DNA of 64,000 nucleotides from Amphiscolops sp. MND2022 (Eukaryota): NCBI GenBank assembly GCA_964187785.1, contig OZ076411.1, positions 87,730,001 to 87,794,000 of the forward strand, read 5' to 3'. Shown piece by piece: positions 11,859 to 22,907 of this stretch (position 1 is its first letter; each line of letters starts with the position of its first letter). The notes under the pieces were generated by a model. It saw only the letters and a program-made list of their open reading frames with translations, ran no database searches and was not told where the DNA came from. The position numbers and the translations under genes were made by a program.

Positions 11859-12234
11859 GAAATTTTAAAAGTGAGAAGCTTTTTGAGTTTAGACCTGAAA
11901 TCGGTTGAGCTCCCGTCATTTCTTTCCAAACATGGGAAGATGAGGAAAAATGCTAAACCTTTGCAGTAGAGTGTAAAGCTCAAACAGTTTAACCTTTTTT
12001 TTTCATTTTTAATGTCAGTCTTTGTGACGTATCACACTTCTTGAATGCATTTAGGAAGTGTAATACGTCTGAAAGACTGGCATTAAAAAGAATAAGAAGG
12101 TTAGAATGTTTGAGCTTTACACTCTAGTGCAAAAGTTTACCATTTTTCCTCATCTCCCCATATTTGAAAAGAAATGACGGGAGCTCAACCGAATTCAGGT
12201 CTGAACTCAGAAAGCTTCTCATTTTTGAAATTTC
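11859..12234. repeat. Long imperfect palindrome (foldback, about 376 bp)
   Basis: Arms reverse-complementary over about 185 bp, centred on AATGCATT (12044-12051). Confidence 0.9.
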
Positions 12235-12715
12235 TAATTGTTTTCATGGAATTCTAACAAACATACATTAAATGTTTTGTCAACAAAAAGGCTCATGATG
12301 AAAAAATTTAAATAGTTTTTTAATAAAATATTGTAGAACCATGTTTTTTGAATAACCCCTGAAGCTTTGCAACAAAATTTACTTAACTAAACTGAGCTAC
12401 CGGGCGGATGATTATGACTTTTATGCGAAACTTGGTCGTGAAGAATAAGAAAGAAAAACGTTTGGACTTCAGTGCTACTGAAAAACTTTATTCACAAGTT
12501 CTTTTTGAACTACTACTGCAGTGTTTATAAAGCCATTTTATGGGTGCTTTCCAGTTTACTGGAGTGCGAAAGTTTTGAACTACAAAGCAATTATTATCTT
12601 TGAAACGCTAAGTTTCAAAATTCGTCTTTCAACTGAAATTACAAGGCTTCGAATCTTGCCTCAATTCAAGTAAAAGTTAAATGAACATAAGCATTTCAAA
12701 ACGAATGAATGTTAT

Positions 12716-13084
12716 TTAAACCAATCCTCCATTTGAAGCTGCACGCTTTTCGTTTTCGTCATCGCATTTGTGTTGCAGACAATATCCTTGGCATCCCATT
12801 TGGTTGATCGGGCATGTTTTTAGGCATTCGAGGTAACAATCTGCTGAACTTGTGGAATCTTCTTTGCATTTTGCGTTTAGACAATAACTTTGACAGCCAG
12901 GCCTTGTGATAGGGCACTTTTCCAAGCATTTCGTGTAAGACTCAAAATCCGTGTCGCCATCTTTCGTTAGAGTTGTTTGGATATCAATCAGAGCGACAGT
13001 GAACACACAGAGAAGTTTGAACAACGCGTTTGAATGTCCAGCTGAAGTCAACAGGAAACTAACTTAACGATTGAAAGAATCCAT
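12716..13084 (-). CDS. Small secreted Cys-rich peptide, paralogue 2
   Basis: MDSFNR*VSFLLTSAG aligns gaplessly to paralogue 1 leader; same 12-Cys spacing; TAA at 13064-13066 lies inside a 27-nt GT..AG segment. Confidence 0.75.
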
Positions 13085-14886
13085 CGGGAAAAATGAATAA
13101 AATACAGTGAATTTTGAATTTATTTTCATTGAAATATGCTTTCGAATCAAAAAAACGTCTCAATATCTTTCTCTAGTCAACATTTTTACATGCTGCTGGC
13201 GTGCATTCAGGGTAATTTGTTCAAATCAAATCCTAGACAAGACGCCCGCGGACCAGCGGGATATTTTCCGCCCCAAATCATTCGAGCAACAAAATCGTTT
13301 TAAGTCCAAAAATCTTTACAAATACATATCGCATGGAACTAAATTTATGTCAGTTGAATTCTGTGAATGTACTTCTTCATATTACGTGAACAATAATTCT
13401 TGGCAAATTTTGTAAAAAAAAACCCGATTGATTTAAATATTTTCCTTTCCCATATGAAATATGGGCGGAACATAAAATTCAGAAAACCTCCGGCGTTAAC
13501 TTGCGGAGGATTACTGTTTGCACAAGTGCAATTAAATTCGAAAACTTTTGGCAGTTCGTTAGTGGCGCAATCACGTTGTGCTTACTTTGATTTCTCAACT
13601 AATAAGCAGACGTAATCACCACTTCTGCAATATCACGCTGTAGGAATGCTAGCTTGCAGTTCATGACCAAATTAGATTTAACTTATGATGGTAGTAGTAT
13701 TCATAAAACGCTGCGCGTCAAATTTTATCTAACCATTCTTAAGCAGGCAAATCAAAGATTGCCTTAATTTTCTGCCTAGTTTTTTCGAACATTTGGCGTA
13801 AAATGTTGTTGCAACGGAAATGAACTGAAAAAAGTTGGTCATTTCTGGTCCCAGCAATTTCAGGTAAAAATAAGATGTATGATTCTGTTTGCTAATCGCA
13901 TGTTTTAAGGTGGTTCGGAAAAGATATGACGCTCTCTGTATCCTAATTGCCTTAAAACGGTGAACTGGTTCATGAAACCTGCAGAACTTAGCGGCTTGAA
14001 AATACCGCCAAATTCAGGAAGAAAATGTCAAGAAAATGTTGAATAGAGTTGAACACAAAAAGTAAATGTTTTTGCTGGAAAGGTTCAGTAAGAGTTTCAC
14101 AACATTACAACGAAAAAGAAAAAGTTGGCAACTTTCGAAAGTACGTGCAATGTTCAAGTAGTTTGAACAAAAGAAGCTGCTCTTACACTTCGATTTTTCA
14201 GTGTTTTCGAAAAATGTGTTAGAATCTTGTTTATACTTGGCTTCGGTCGAAAAAAACCTGCTTTATAAAAAATATGAATAAAAAGTGTAAATATTGTTCC
14301 AATAGCGTCCGAAAATGTTTGGCTTTTTGCTCAGATGTCTTCGAAAAAGTATTGTAAGCGAAGTGCAAACTTCGATGTCGTCACAGGTTTGAAGCTGGAG
14401 AATTGTTGGTAGTCTTTATTATCAAAATTCCCGGGCTGAAAAATAATTTTCGCAAAATCACTTCAACCGAAAACTACGAAAATATTATATTTTACGCTGA
14501 TAGATCCACAAAAAAAGATTTGTTGGTTCCAATCAATAACGTATATTTAGAATACGATAATACAAAAAAGTTTGAATGACAATAACATTAAGACTTACTT
14601 CTCAACATCTCAGCAGTTAATCACAAAATATTCCAGAATGAAATTCACTCTCAGCATACGTTTTTATAGCAAGTTTGTTCTCGGCGCTTAAGATGTTTTT
14701 CACAAAATCTTTTGTTATGTAAAATTTCCTGTTTCTGAGCTGATTCATCCAGGACAAAAAGTTTGTCGGCAACTTTATTTTCGTCTGCAGTTTTCAGATT
14801 TCCAGTTCTGACGATCAATTTTTTTAAAAACCCTTTAGACCCAGTTACTGTTTTCAGCTGAGTTTCATTGAAATCAGAATTTCTAT

Positions 14887-16946
14887 TGTGAAGTGCGTGT
14901 AGGTTGATTGTTTGATAAGAAAAATTATAAGTCTCATAAGTCTCAATTTTGGTCTATGTTACGAGTTCTTTCTTGTTTTAAATTTCAAAGTAGTCTAGTA
15001 CTTAAAATTTTCGCGACTGTGCCTTCCTACACTTCAACAAAGGTCGTCTCAGGTGTGAGTTCGAAAGGAAGGACTTTATTTCTACGACCCGGGAGAAAAG
15101 AATGATTTGGTCCAGGAATATGTAAATTGAACCTTTCTTTATTTATATTAAAATTGTTACAAATGTCACTTATACAAAAACAGAGTGCACAAATCAAACT
15201 AAATGAAAAGAATATAACTAAATCTGGTTTAATATCAATCGTTAAAAGATAATGGTTAAGTTACTGAGAGAAGGAATTATTAAGTTTAATAAGTTATTTT
15301 TCAGTTTTTACCAAGTCAGAGGTTAAGCCTCTTTTCTAAAGTGCAGCAAATAGCTAACACGGTGTTTATAGTCCACCGATTGTCACGGACTGGGAAAGAT
15401 AGCGGATTGCTATTCTTTTATTAAAGGACAACAGATTGTTGTACTGGTTTTATAGAGTGCTATACGGCTACTCTTTGTCTCAATTTGAGAACTGTTCGAC
15501 TTGAAGAGTCAAACAAAAGCTAAGTTATTTAAGTCTCTTATGACCCAGCTGAGGCTGTGGTGCTTAGTTTAGAGTCAGTGAGTATCACCAGACTTTGGTT
15601 TAGAGTCCACTGTAAAGCATAGACTATTCAATCTTTGTTGAACAAAGACGGTATAATAGCTTCTGTGTGAAGTCAAAAGTCAACTGAAACTCCAACATAA
15701 GAGAATGATTGCTCTAACTTGAGAGCACAACTTGAAATTGTTTTGGCTCGAGAATAGTGACTGAAAATAATCTAAGATAAAATTGCTTCAACCTGGAAGC
15801 AGTGCTCGAAATCGTCTAAGACAAAATTGCTTTAACGAGAAAGCAGGCTTGACAAAAGTCTAAGATAGAATTGCTTTAGCTTGAAAGCAGGGTTGAAAAT
15901 CGTCTAAGATAAAATTGCTTTAACTAGAAAGCAGGCTTGACAAAAGTCTAAGATAGAGTTGCTTTAGCTTGAAAGCAGGGTTGAAAATCGTCTAAGATAA
16001 AATTGCTTTAACTAGAAAGCAGGCTTGACAAAAGTCTAAGATAGAATTGCTTTAGCTTGAAAGCAGGGTTGAAAATCGTCTAAGATAAAATTGCTTTAAC
16101 TAGAAAGCAGGCTTGACAAAAGTCTAAGATAGAATTGCTTTAGCTTGAAAGCAGGGTTGAAAATTGTCTAAGATAAAATTGAGCCAAGACTTGTAAAAAT
16201 TTAAAGGTTACTGATTTGAGTTTAAGTTAAGAAAAGGTCTTAGACAAAATTTAGGTTTAAGCAAAAACACTAAGTTAAATTAAGTTAAAGTTAAAGTTAA
16301 GAAAAGATCTTAGAAAAATGAAAGTGAAAGCTCCAAAAGAAAGTTGAAAGGTTTTAACTAAGAGATACTGCGCTGCACTGATGGTGGGGATTGAACCCAA
16401 GAAGAAGAAGTTGAGAAGAAGAGTGTCCGGGTTTATCGATTTAGTGAAATTGCAAAAGAAGAGCTCTGAGAGGTGAAATTTTGGCACGTATTTATACTAA
16501 ATTCGCTCGCTTCGTCAACCAATAAAATTCAATCATAGTTGTGATTGGCTGACGAGTATGTCGTCATATGTCGTCATGTCATATGACCATTCAAACGAGA
16601 GCGTTTTGTATGTGTTATTCGCAGGCGTAGCGTCTACGACAAAATGATGTCATTTGACGTCATGTGGTTTGACCATATAAGGAATGTGTAGTGTCGCTTC
16701 AACAGAGCGAGTGAACATATCCAGACGTGTTCACAATTCAGAGTTGAAAGGGGGAATTAATAGAGATAAAACTACACAAGTTGCGAAAGATAAAATTAAA
16801 CATCACAAATTCTGAGTTTATGTAATTCGGAGTTGGACGGGGAAATGATAAAGATAAAGTTACACAAGTTTCGAAAGATAAAATTAAACATCACAAGTTC
16901 TGAGTTAATTTCCGTTTATTTCTTTTGCCATATGTCGCACACGACA
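14887..16946 (-). repeat. 3' LTR of element 2
   Basis: Direct repeat of 31520-33576; TATAAATA (minus) at 16489-16496. Confidence 0.97.
15771..16181. repeat. 44-bp tandem array inside LTR (9 units plus partial, alternating 88-bp dimer)
   Basis: TCTAAGA recurs every 44 bp from 15771 to 16167; same array in the 5' LTR near 32404-32814. Confidence 0.95.
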
Positions 16947-17003
16947 TCTCACCCGGGTTTCAATGTTGCAGAAAATGTAACGGGGGTACCAGGTTGTTGA
17001 TAT

Positions 17004-17541
17004 TCATGTTGGTTCTTCCAGGTTGACTTCGATGAACATCATATCATTCAAAATGAATGGGGAATTACTTTTGAAGAGTTGGCTGTGTGGAATTACGAAG
17101 GGGAAGCATATACTCGGATTTCCATAACTTGTACAGGGTCGTATAAAACAGGCTGACTTTTCATTGTCCTTTGGATCTATTATTTTGGTAAATGTTTCTC
17201 CAGGTTCGCTCAGGTTGATTACATTGATACGGAAGATAAGTTTGAAAGGCCAAGGAAGGATTGGGTCGAATTCACCAGGAAGGATGTTGATCACTAGTGA
17301 AGCACTTTCTCCAGTTGCAGGAGGGCATCCATAAGGGTATAGTTTCATATCGAAACGGTATCCATGGGTTGAGGTGTAGAATGGAGGGCAAGGTAATTTG
17401 GGATGAGGGTCGATGTCTTTCTGTCTTTTTTTGTTCAGCGGCCTTTGCATTATCAAACATAAGGCTGAAGGGGCTAATTCTCCAGATTAGTTTTTTATCT
17501 CTTCCGCAATCAATGCTTTTAATACGGTCGTGAAGATCCAT
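17004..17541 (-). pseudogene. TRAF-type MATH domain ORF (frameshift in T7 run 17426-17432)
   Basis: KLIWRI ... CPPFYTSTHGYRFDMKLYPYG ... GEFDPILPWPF ... FIRP ... FILNDMMFIEV match hallmark TRAF-C motifs; removing one base joins ORFs 17272..17541 and 17004..17456 (178 aa). Confidence 0.88.
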
Positions 17542-17984
17542 TGTCAGGCTTTTGAGTGGTTTTAATTCAGCAAGTCGTCTTTGTGTATCTGTTGATTCGG
17601 GCTCGGTTGAAGAAGGGGTAGTAGAAGGGGTATTTACAGGTTGTTAAACAGTAATCGTTTTGGTTTCCTTCTCGTTGATGATGGTTTGAAGGGTTTGAAC
17701 GACAATTTGGAGTTGCTGAATGCTTATGTCTTGTTGTCTTCGTAGCTTCCTTTCGTGCTCAAGTTGTTCGAATAGGTTTGCAACTTGTAACTGTGTTGCA
17801 TGTAGATATTGAGCATTTTTGAGGTACTGATTGGGAATTTACTAACGAGCATTTTTATCTGGGCGAGTTCATCGTTAGTGCATGTGGGCTGGCTGAGATT
17901 TGTTATTTGATTTTGTAGTGTTGTAATTTCGTTTTCTATAGCGGCTAATCTAAGGTTGAATTCCTCTAATAATTGTTTTTTCAT
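17542..17984 (-). pseudogene. Coiled-coil region probably once fused to the MATH domain
   Basis: LEEFNLRLAAIENEITTLQNQI; after a shift at T5 (17816-17820) LFEQLEHERKLRRQQDISIQQLQIVVQTL runs in the MATH frame with one TAA at 17644-17646. Confidence 0.6.
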
Positions 17985-18157
17985 TTTGTTTTCAAATAAA
18001 AGCAGAGATATCCCGAAGGGGTACTGATAGTCTCTGATTTTTAAGGGTAGTATTTTTGATAGTAAATTCCTGTCTTTTTGAGTCCCAAAATATTATTTTT
18101 CACTGGTTGACGTCTTCTCTGAGAGTATAATTGAGATTGTAGTGGAATCTGGGGTTT

Positions 18158-18454
18158 CTAGTTTTTTTGGTACTTTTGGGCGTCTTCTTCACTTTTCTTT
18201 TGTTTCTCAAGTGCTTGTTTCAGTGAGTACTGAGGTTTTCTTTTTCTAATGTTACCGTTAAAGACAAATGTATTAGGTCTATTTGGAGGAGTGATATTGC
18301 CTTCTAAGAGGGTTTGATTGAGTGGCTGTTGAGCAATAGGTGATTCGGTTGAAGTAATCTCAAACATGGGAAAGTCTAGTATGTCCTTCTCTGTTAGAGT
18401 GTCTTTTGAAAGGAGGAGTTCCAAATCTGATGAAAGAGAAGTATGCTCTGTCAT
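18158..18454 (-). CDS. Hypothetical 98-aa accessory protein with basic NLS-like motif
   Basis: ATG 26 nt after env stop; RKRKP motif. Confidence 0.45.
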   Translation of the reverse strand: MTEHTSLSSDLELLLSKDTLTEKDILDFPMFEITSTESPIAQQPLNQTLLEGNITPPNRPNTFVFNGNIRKRKPQYSLKQALEKQKKSEEDAQKYQKN

Positions 18455-18480
18455 TCTTTGCTAAAAATATAATACAAAAA

Positions 18481-20616
18481 TTAAATTGGGGATATTGTAT
18501 CTAAACGATTAGTTGGTGGCAGACGGTTTATGACAGGATAGATGTGTTCAGAAGCGTCTTGATTGTCAGTATTGAATGCTGTCATCGGAATATCTTTTGT
18601 AGAAGGGGTGAACATTGAATGAAAGATTGAAACCATAAAGAGATTGTACGTTGCAGATAATAAGATTTTACCAAATCCAACAGATGCACCAGTGAGTCTA
18701 TGTATTTCAAAGGCTCTGACGATAGTTACTGTTACATCAATAATTAGTTTTACAAAGAGAAAAACTGCAAACCAGATACCACATTTCTCTAGCCAATATC
18801 CAATTGTGCCAAATGTTTGTCTGAATTTTCCTTCAAAGTATCCGGGAGATATCATATTATCAACAAAGAAGTCCATTTTGGGTGCGTAGTATGTGTATCC
18901 TTCAGGTCCCTTCTTTGAGTTCGAAGGAACAATGAGTTTTCTTGTGAATTTTTGTAAAGCATTCTTTGATGCTGAACTCATGAGGATGTTGTCCCAAAAT
19001 TCAGTGAGCTGGCCTTTTGTATACATTCCAGCGTTGATTGATTGCGGAAACTGGTCTCTTGTGAAAGGTGCAACATCTTTTGGAGAAAAGATAGCAGGTC
19101 GATCTCTATGTGTGATTTGCGGTGTTAGAGAAAACCAGGAGTTTTTATCGTCCATGTCCATTTGAAAGAGGTTTTTGATCTGATCAGAACAGTTTTGAGG
19201 CATCGCGTCAGGTAGTGTTTGCCGTGTGATGGGGTCTACAAACTTGATTTGTCCCTTGTAGAAAATGGGTATCTTGTCGTAGCATTCATTCATCGTGTGA
19301 AGAGGTGATCTAACTAGGGGGCAGGAATAAAGCCATGCGAGGCTTCCGTCAGTCTCTAGGAACATTGATCGGTTTCCAGTTAACATATATCCAGCTAGTC
19401 TTGAGTTTTCCAGTGAAAGCATCAGAATAGTGAGTATGTGCGATCGTTCTTGTTCGCACTGATTTTTCAGTAAGTGAAGCTCTGAGGCCTTGAGTGCTCT
19501 GGAGTTTTCAAAGAAAAGATAGTCCAGTTTGGTTCCTTGTTGTAGTTCGTAGTCCATGTTTAACCATGTTCCATAATATGGGTCTGATTGATAGTTACTA
19601 GCAACCCAGAGTTTACTATGGCCTGGATCATCTCTTTCTTGATCATTAGGGGAATAGAGCATCTTGTGAACTCTGTCCTCTTGTTGAATCATATTTCGTC
19701 CAGTTTTCATGTCAAATCCACCATAAAGGATAGCAACAAACAGAGATTTACAGGTTGTAGGATATACATCTGATGGTTTATTACAAAGTTTTTGTGGTCT
19801 GTTTTTAATTTCAAAGAGGTATTTGTTTTCTGAATCGTTCTTGCTAACAATATAGTATTGATCGTCATTTTTGATCATATTTACGTACTCCTCTTTCAGT
19901 ACGGTGAGGATACAATTATCTGGATTGTCCCATACATAAGCATAAGGGTCAAGAGAATTGCTGTCACATCCCAGTTCGTCTAGCTTGCAGGGTAGAGGTT
20001 GTCCATTTCTATTCATTATAGTCCCGTCTCTGAGTTTGACGTTCAGAGTAATGTCTTGGATGTGAGTTTCAAAAGTGTCTTTTTCAATCCATTCAAAACC
20101 ATCGCATTCATTTTTGAATGTGTCGTCTGCATCGCCATTCCATCTAAGATGTTGTTCAATTATCCCTTTCTTCATTGTAATTTGATGATTTAGTAGAGTT
20201 ATTGGTGATCCTTCAGCTGCAAGTCTGCATTGTGCAGGCGATAAATCGAGTTAGGAGGTAATAGTCTTTTGTTTGATATCGATACTGGAATGGTCATGCA
20301 TTCCACAATAGTATCTGTTTCTTTGATGTTTGACGCTGCATATGGTAGCGTTAATTTCTGTTCGAAAATGTTTTGTGTACATCTTGACATTTGCATGGCT
20401 TATGTCTATGTTCTCAGGAGCCACGTTGCAAGGTTTGACGTGGTTGAGAGAGTAGAGATTGTTTTCTGACATTTCACTGCAATCGTAATGTGAGACTGTG
20501 ACTGTAGGTGCGATATCATCCAGTATGGGCTGCTTTTTGTTGGCGTAGATGAGATTTATTGAAAGCGTCAGAATGAGAATAATAAAATATTTACAGTATA
20601 TCTTTTCACTATCCAT
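18481..20616 (-). pseudogene. env: Envelope/fusion glycoprotein, about 711 aa, one premature TAA at 20251-20253
   Basis: ORFs 20251..20616 and 18481..20175 are in one frame; signal peptide, many Cys, N-glycosylation sites, C-terminal TM; HYDCS..YSL..V.PC and C....GC....Y.W..P.NC motifs recall chuvirus-like G proteins. Confidence 0.85.
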
Positions 20617-20899
20617 TATCTACTAATGAAAACGGTACTCCGAAAATACTATAAAGGGTTTAGAAATAGAAAGGTAGACTTGCTAACCTTGAGATGAAGA
20701 GAGTATTTTGCTTTCGATGAAGCAGTGAGGAGGGCGGTTTTGCTTTCAATAGAGCAGCGAGAAATCTGTAGCACTTGGCAATACAGATGATTTGTTCAAA
20801 TTGAACTGAAAAGAGAGCAAGAATGAATTCTGCTGAAAATTGACAATTTAGTCAAAGACAAGTGGATGATAATCCTTTTCGTGAAAGGCTTTTGTAAAT

Positions 20900-21632
20900 A
20901 CACGTCTAAATACCGTGTCTTCCCGCTTAAGAAAAATAAAAGTTCTGTTTTAAACAGACAAAAGAGCGAGGAGTTATTTATAGACGGCAGAGATTGACAC
21001 TTAGGTCGTTACCGTCTCTTCTTGCAAGGTAAAGTAACACACGTCTAAAAACCGTGTCTTCCTGCTTAGAGAAAAATGATCTCTTTGAGACCAGAAGAAA
21101 AAGAAAGATAGGAGCAGGGAGTTCTTTATAGACGGCAGAGATTGATACAAAGATCGTTACCGTCTCTTCTTGCCTGAGAAAGAGAGAAATAGGAAAAATA
21201 AGTAAAGGCAAGGCTACACGTCCAAAACCCGTGTCTTCCTACCGAAGAAAAAGTGATCTAAGTGGCCAGTTTAGATCAGAGAGAGAAGAATAAAAGGTAG
21301 GGAGTTATTTATACACGGCAGAGTTTGATGCAAACCGTCGTTCGATCGTTACCGTGTCTTTGTCAAACTTTTGTGACAAAAATTAAAATTGTAACATACG
21401 TCTATACACCGTATCTTCGTTGAACTATGCAACGGAGTTATTTATACACGGCAGAGATTGATACTGAGATCGTTACCGTGTCTTCTTGCAAGGACAAAAT
21501 TAAGTGTGCACGTCCAAATCCCGTGCCTTCCTGCTAAAGGAATGTGATCTATTTTAGATCGAAAAAGAAATGAGAGCAGGGAGTTATTTATACACGGCAG
21601 AGATTGATACAAAGATCGTTACCGTGTCTTGC
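20900..21632 (-). promoter_or_regulatory. Five-unit direct-repeat array with a TATA-like motif per unit, upstream of env
   Basis: Two conserved blocks with variable spacers; TATAAATA on minus at 20975, 21306, 21439, 21585 and TATAAAGA near 21123. Promoter role inferred. Confidence 0.6.
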
Positions 21633-21712
21633 ACCTAAAAAGAAGAGTAAAATGAAAATTTAATTAATCACAGTACACAGTATAAAAGAATAAGAGGATT
21701 AGATGAAACAGA

Positions 21713-22099
21713 TTAGCTTTCTTTTTGCAAGCTGAGGATTTCTTCCACCTTTGTTTTGTAGAATTCTTCAAAGGAGCCAAGTCCAGACTCCATAAAACAG
21801 GACAGTTCGTCCAAAAGGGGCAGGTCGAATATTCGTATTTCTGATACTGGGTTATAGAGGTGGAGTGAAATGGCAATGGCTAGTTCGGCGAAGAATTTAG
21901 TTAAGACTTTCGTTAATGGGTCTAGTAGTCTATACCCTTTGACTGTTAGCCAGAATTGATGTTGATACGACCACTGTAATTCTTTACCTATTAGTATTTC
22001 AGGGCTTTCAATGGGGTCGATTAGGTTATAAATTGATACAGGTAGGTAGAGTGAAACTGTCTCGATTTCGTCCTCTTCCCAGAGGTTGTGAATATACAT
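21713..22099 (-). CDS. Accessory ORF-e, 128 aa, unknown
   Basis: ATG directly after the TAG of ORF-d; co-oriented. Confidence 0.6.
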   Translation of the reverse strand: MYIHNLWEEDEIETVSLYLPVSIYNLIDPIESPEILIGKELQWSYQHQFWLTVKGYRLLDPLTKVLTKFFAELAIAISLHLYNPVSEIRIFDLPLLDELSCFMESGLGSFEEFYKTKVEEILSLQKES

Positions 22100-22222
22100 C
22101 TATTGTCTTTTTCGAATTGAATTTTGAGAAAGTTGATTTCTAGGCACTTGAGGGTGTAGTTGTGGAAGAATGTTTCTAATCCAAATTTGTCTGACGATTT
22201 CCTCTCGTAAATTGAAGCTCAT
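22100..22222 (-). CDS. Accessory ORF-d, 40 aa (MSFNLREEIVRQIWIRN...)
   Basis: Below ORF-track cutoff; fills the gap between ORF-c and ORF-e; TAGATG junction. Confidence 0.45.
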   Translation of the reverse strand: MSFNLREEIVRQIWIRNILPQLHPQVPRNQLSQNSIRKRQ

Positions 22223-22232
22223 TTGATTTTCT

Positions 22233-22553
22233 TTATACTGCTGTTGTGTCGGCTAACTCTCCAAGGATATGGAGTTGAAATTGGGTGATGTGTGATTCTG
22301 GTTCTTCAGCGTAATTATCCAAAGCTTCAGATAGTTGTTCTCGGAGAAATCTGTTTCTAGCGATTTCTAAGGTGGAGACTTTGCTTTTATTATTTACAGG
22401 GTGTATTGTTATTAAAATGAAACTGGGTTTAGTAAAGGACCACTTGAGGTTGGTGATATTGAAGTATTCAGTGATGCCTGCTGGAGTAGTTATTTTAAAC
22501 GGACAGTTGAAATTGACTTCTTCAATACATTCGTTATTAAGGTGAAAGTTCAT
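22233..22553 (-). CDS. Accessory ORF-c, 106 aa, paralogue of ORF-b
   Basis: IEEVNFNCPFKITTPAG / IDEVEFNCPWKITTPSG and EQLSEAL / VQLSKAL shared. Confidence 0.75.
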   Translation of the reverse strand: MNFHLNNECIEEVNFNCPFKITTPAGITEYFNITNLKWSFTKPSFILITIHPVNNKSKVSTLEIARNRFLREQLSEALDNYAEEPESHITQFQLHILGELADTTAV

Positions 22554-22555
22554 AT

Positions 22556-22907
22556 TTAGCTGCTTTTGTCAGTGTTTTCTGGGTACTTCAATGGGGTTAT
22601 TGTATCAGTTAGTTCCCCAAGAACGTGGAGATGATACTGTTTAACGTTGTTCAGGATTCCGAAGGTATTCGTTTAGTGCTTTAGAAAGTTGGACTTCAAG
22701 AAAACTATCTTCTGCGACTTCAAAGGTAGTTACTTTATTTTTGTCGCTAGTACGGTGTATTGTCACGGAGATGAAACAAGGTGATATTTGTGACCACCTA
22801 AGTTTGGTAATTATAAAATTTCCAGAGTTGCCTGAAGGAGTTGTTATCTTCCAAGGGCAGTTGAATTCTACTTCATCAATTTCGCCCTCATCAAAAATTA
22901 TGTCCAT
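22556..22907 (-). pseudogene. Accessory ORF-b, frameshifted near 22645
   Basis: After the track stop, shifted frame reads VKQYHLHVLGELTDT matching ORF-c ITQFQLHILGELADT. Confidence 0.75.

Noticed and set aside
14908-15105. 65-aa ORF repeated at 31541
   Set aside because: TTG start, inside LTR, antisense; duplicated only because LTRs are.
20900-21632. CRISPR array or self-cleaving ribozyme array
   Set aside because: Two-block units of uneven length inside a eukaryotic retroelement, no cas genes; no hammerhead (CUGAUGA/GAAA) or twister core on either strand.
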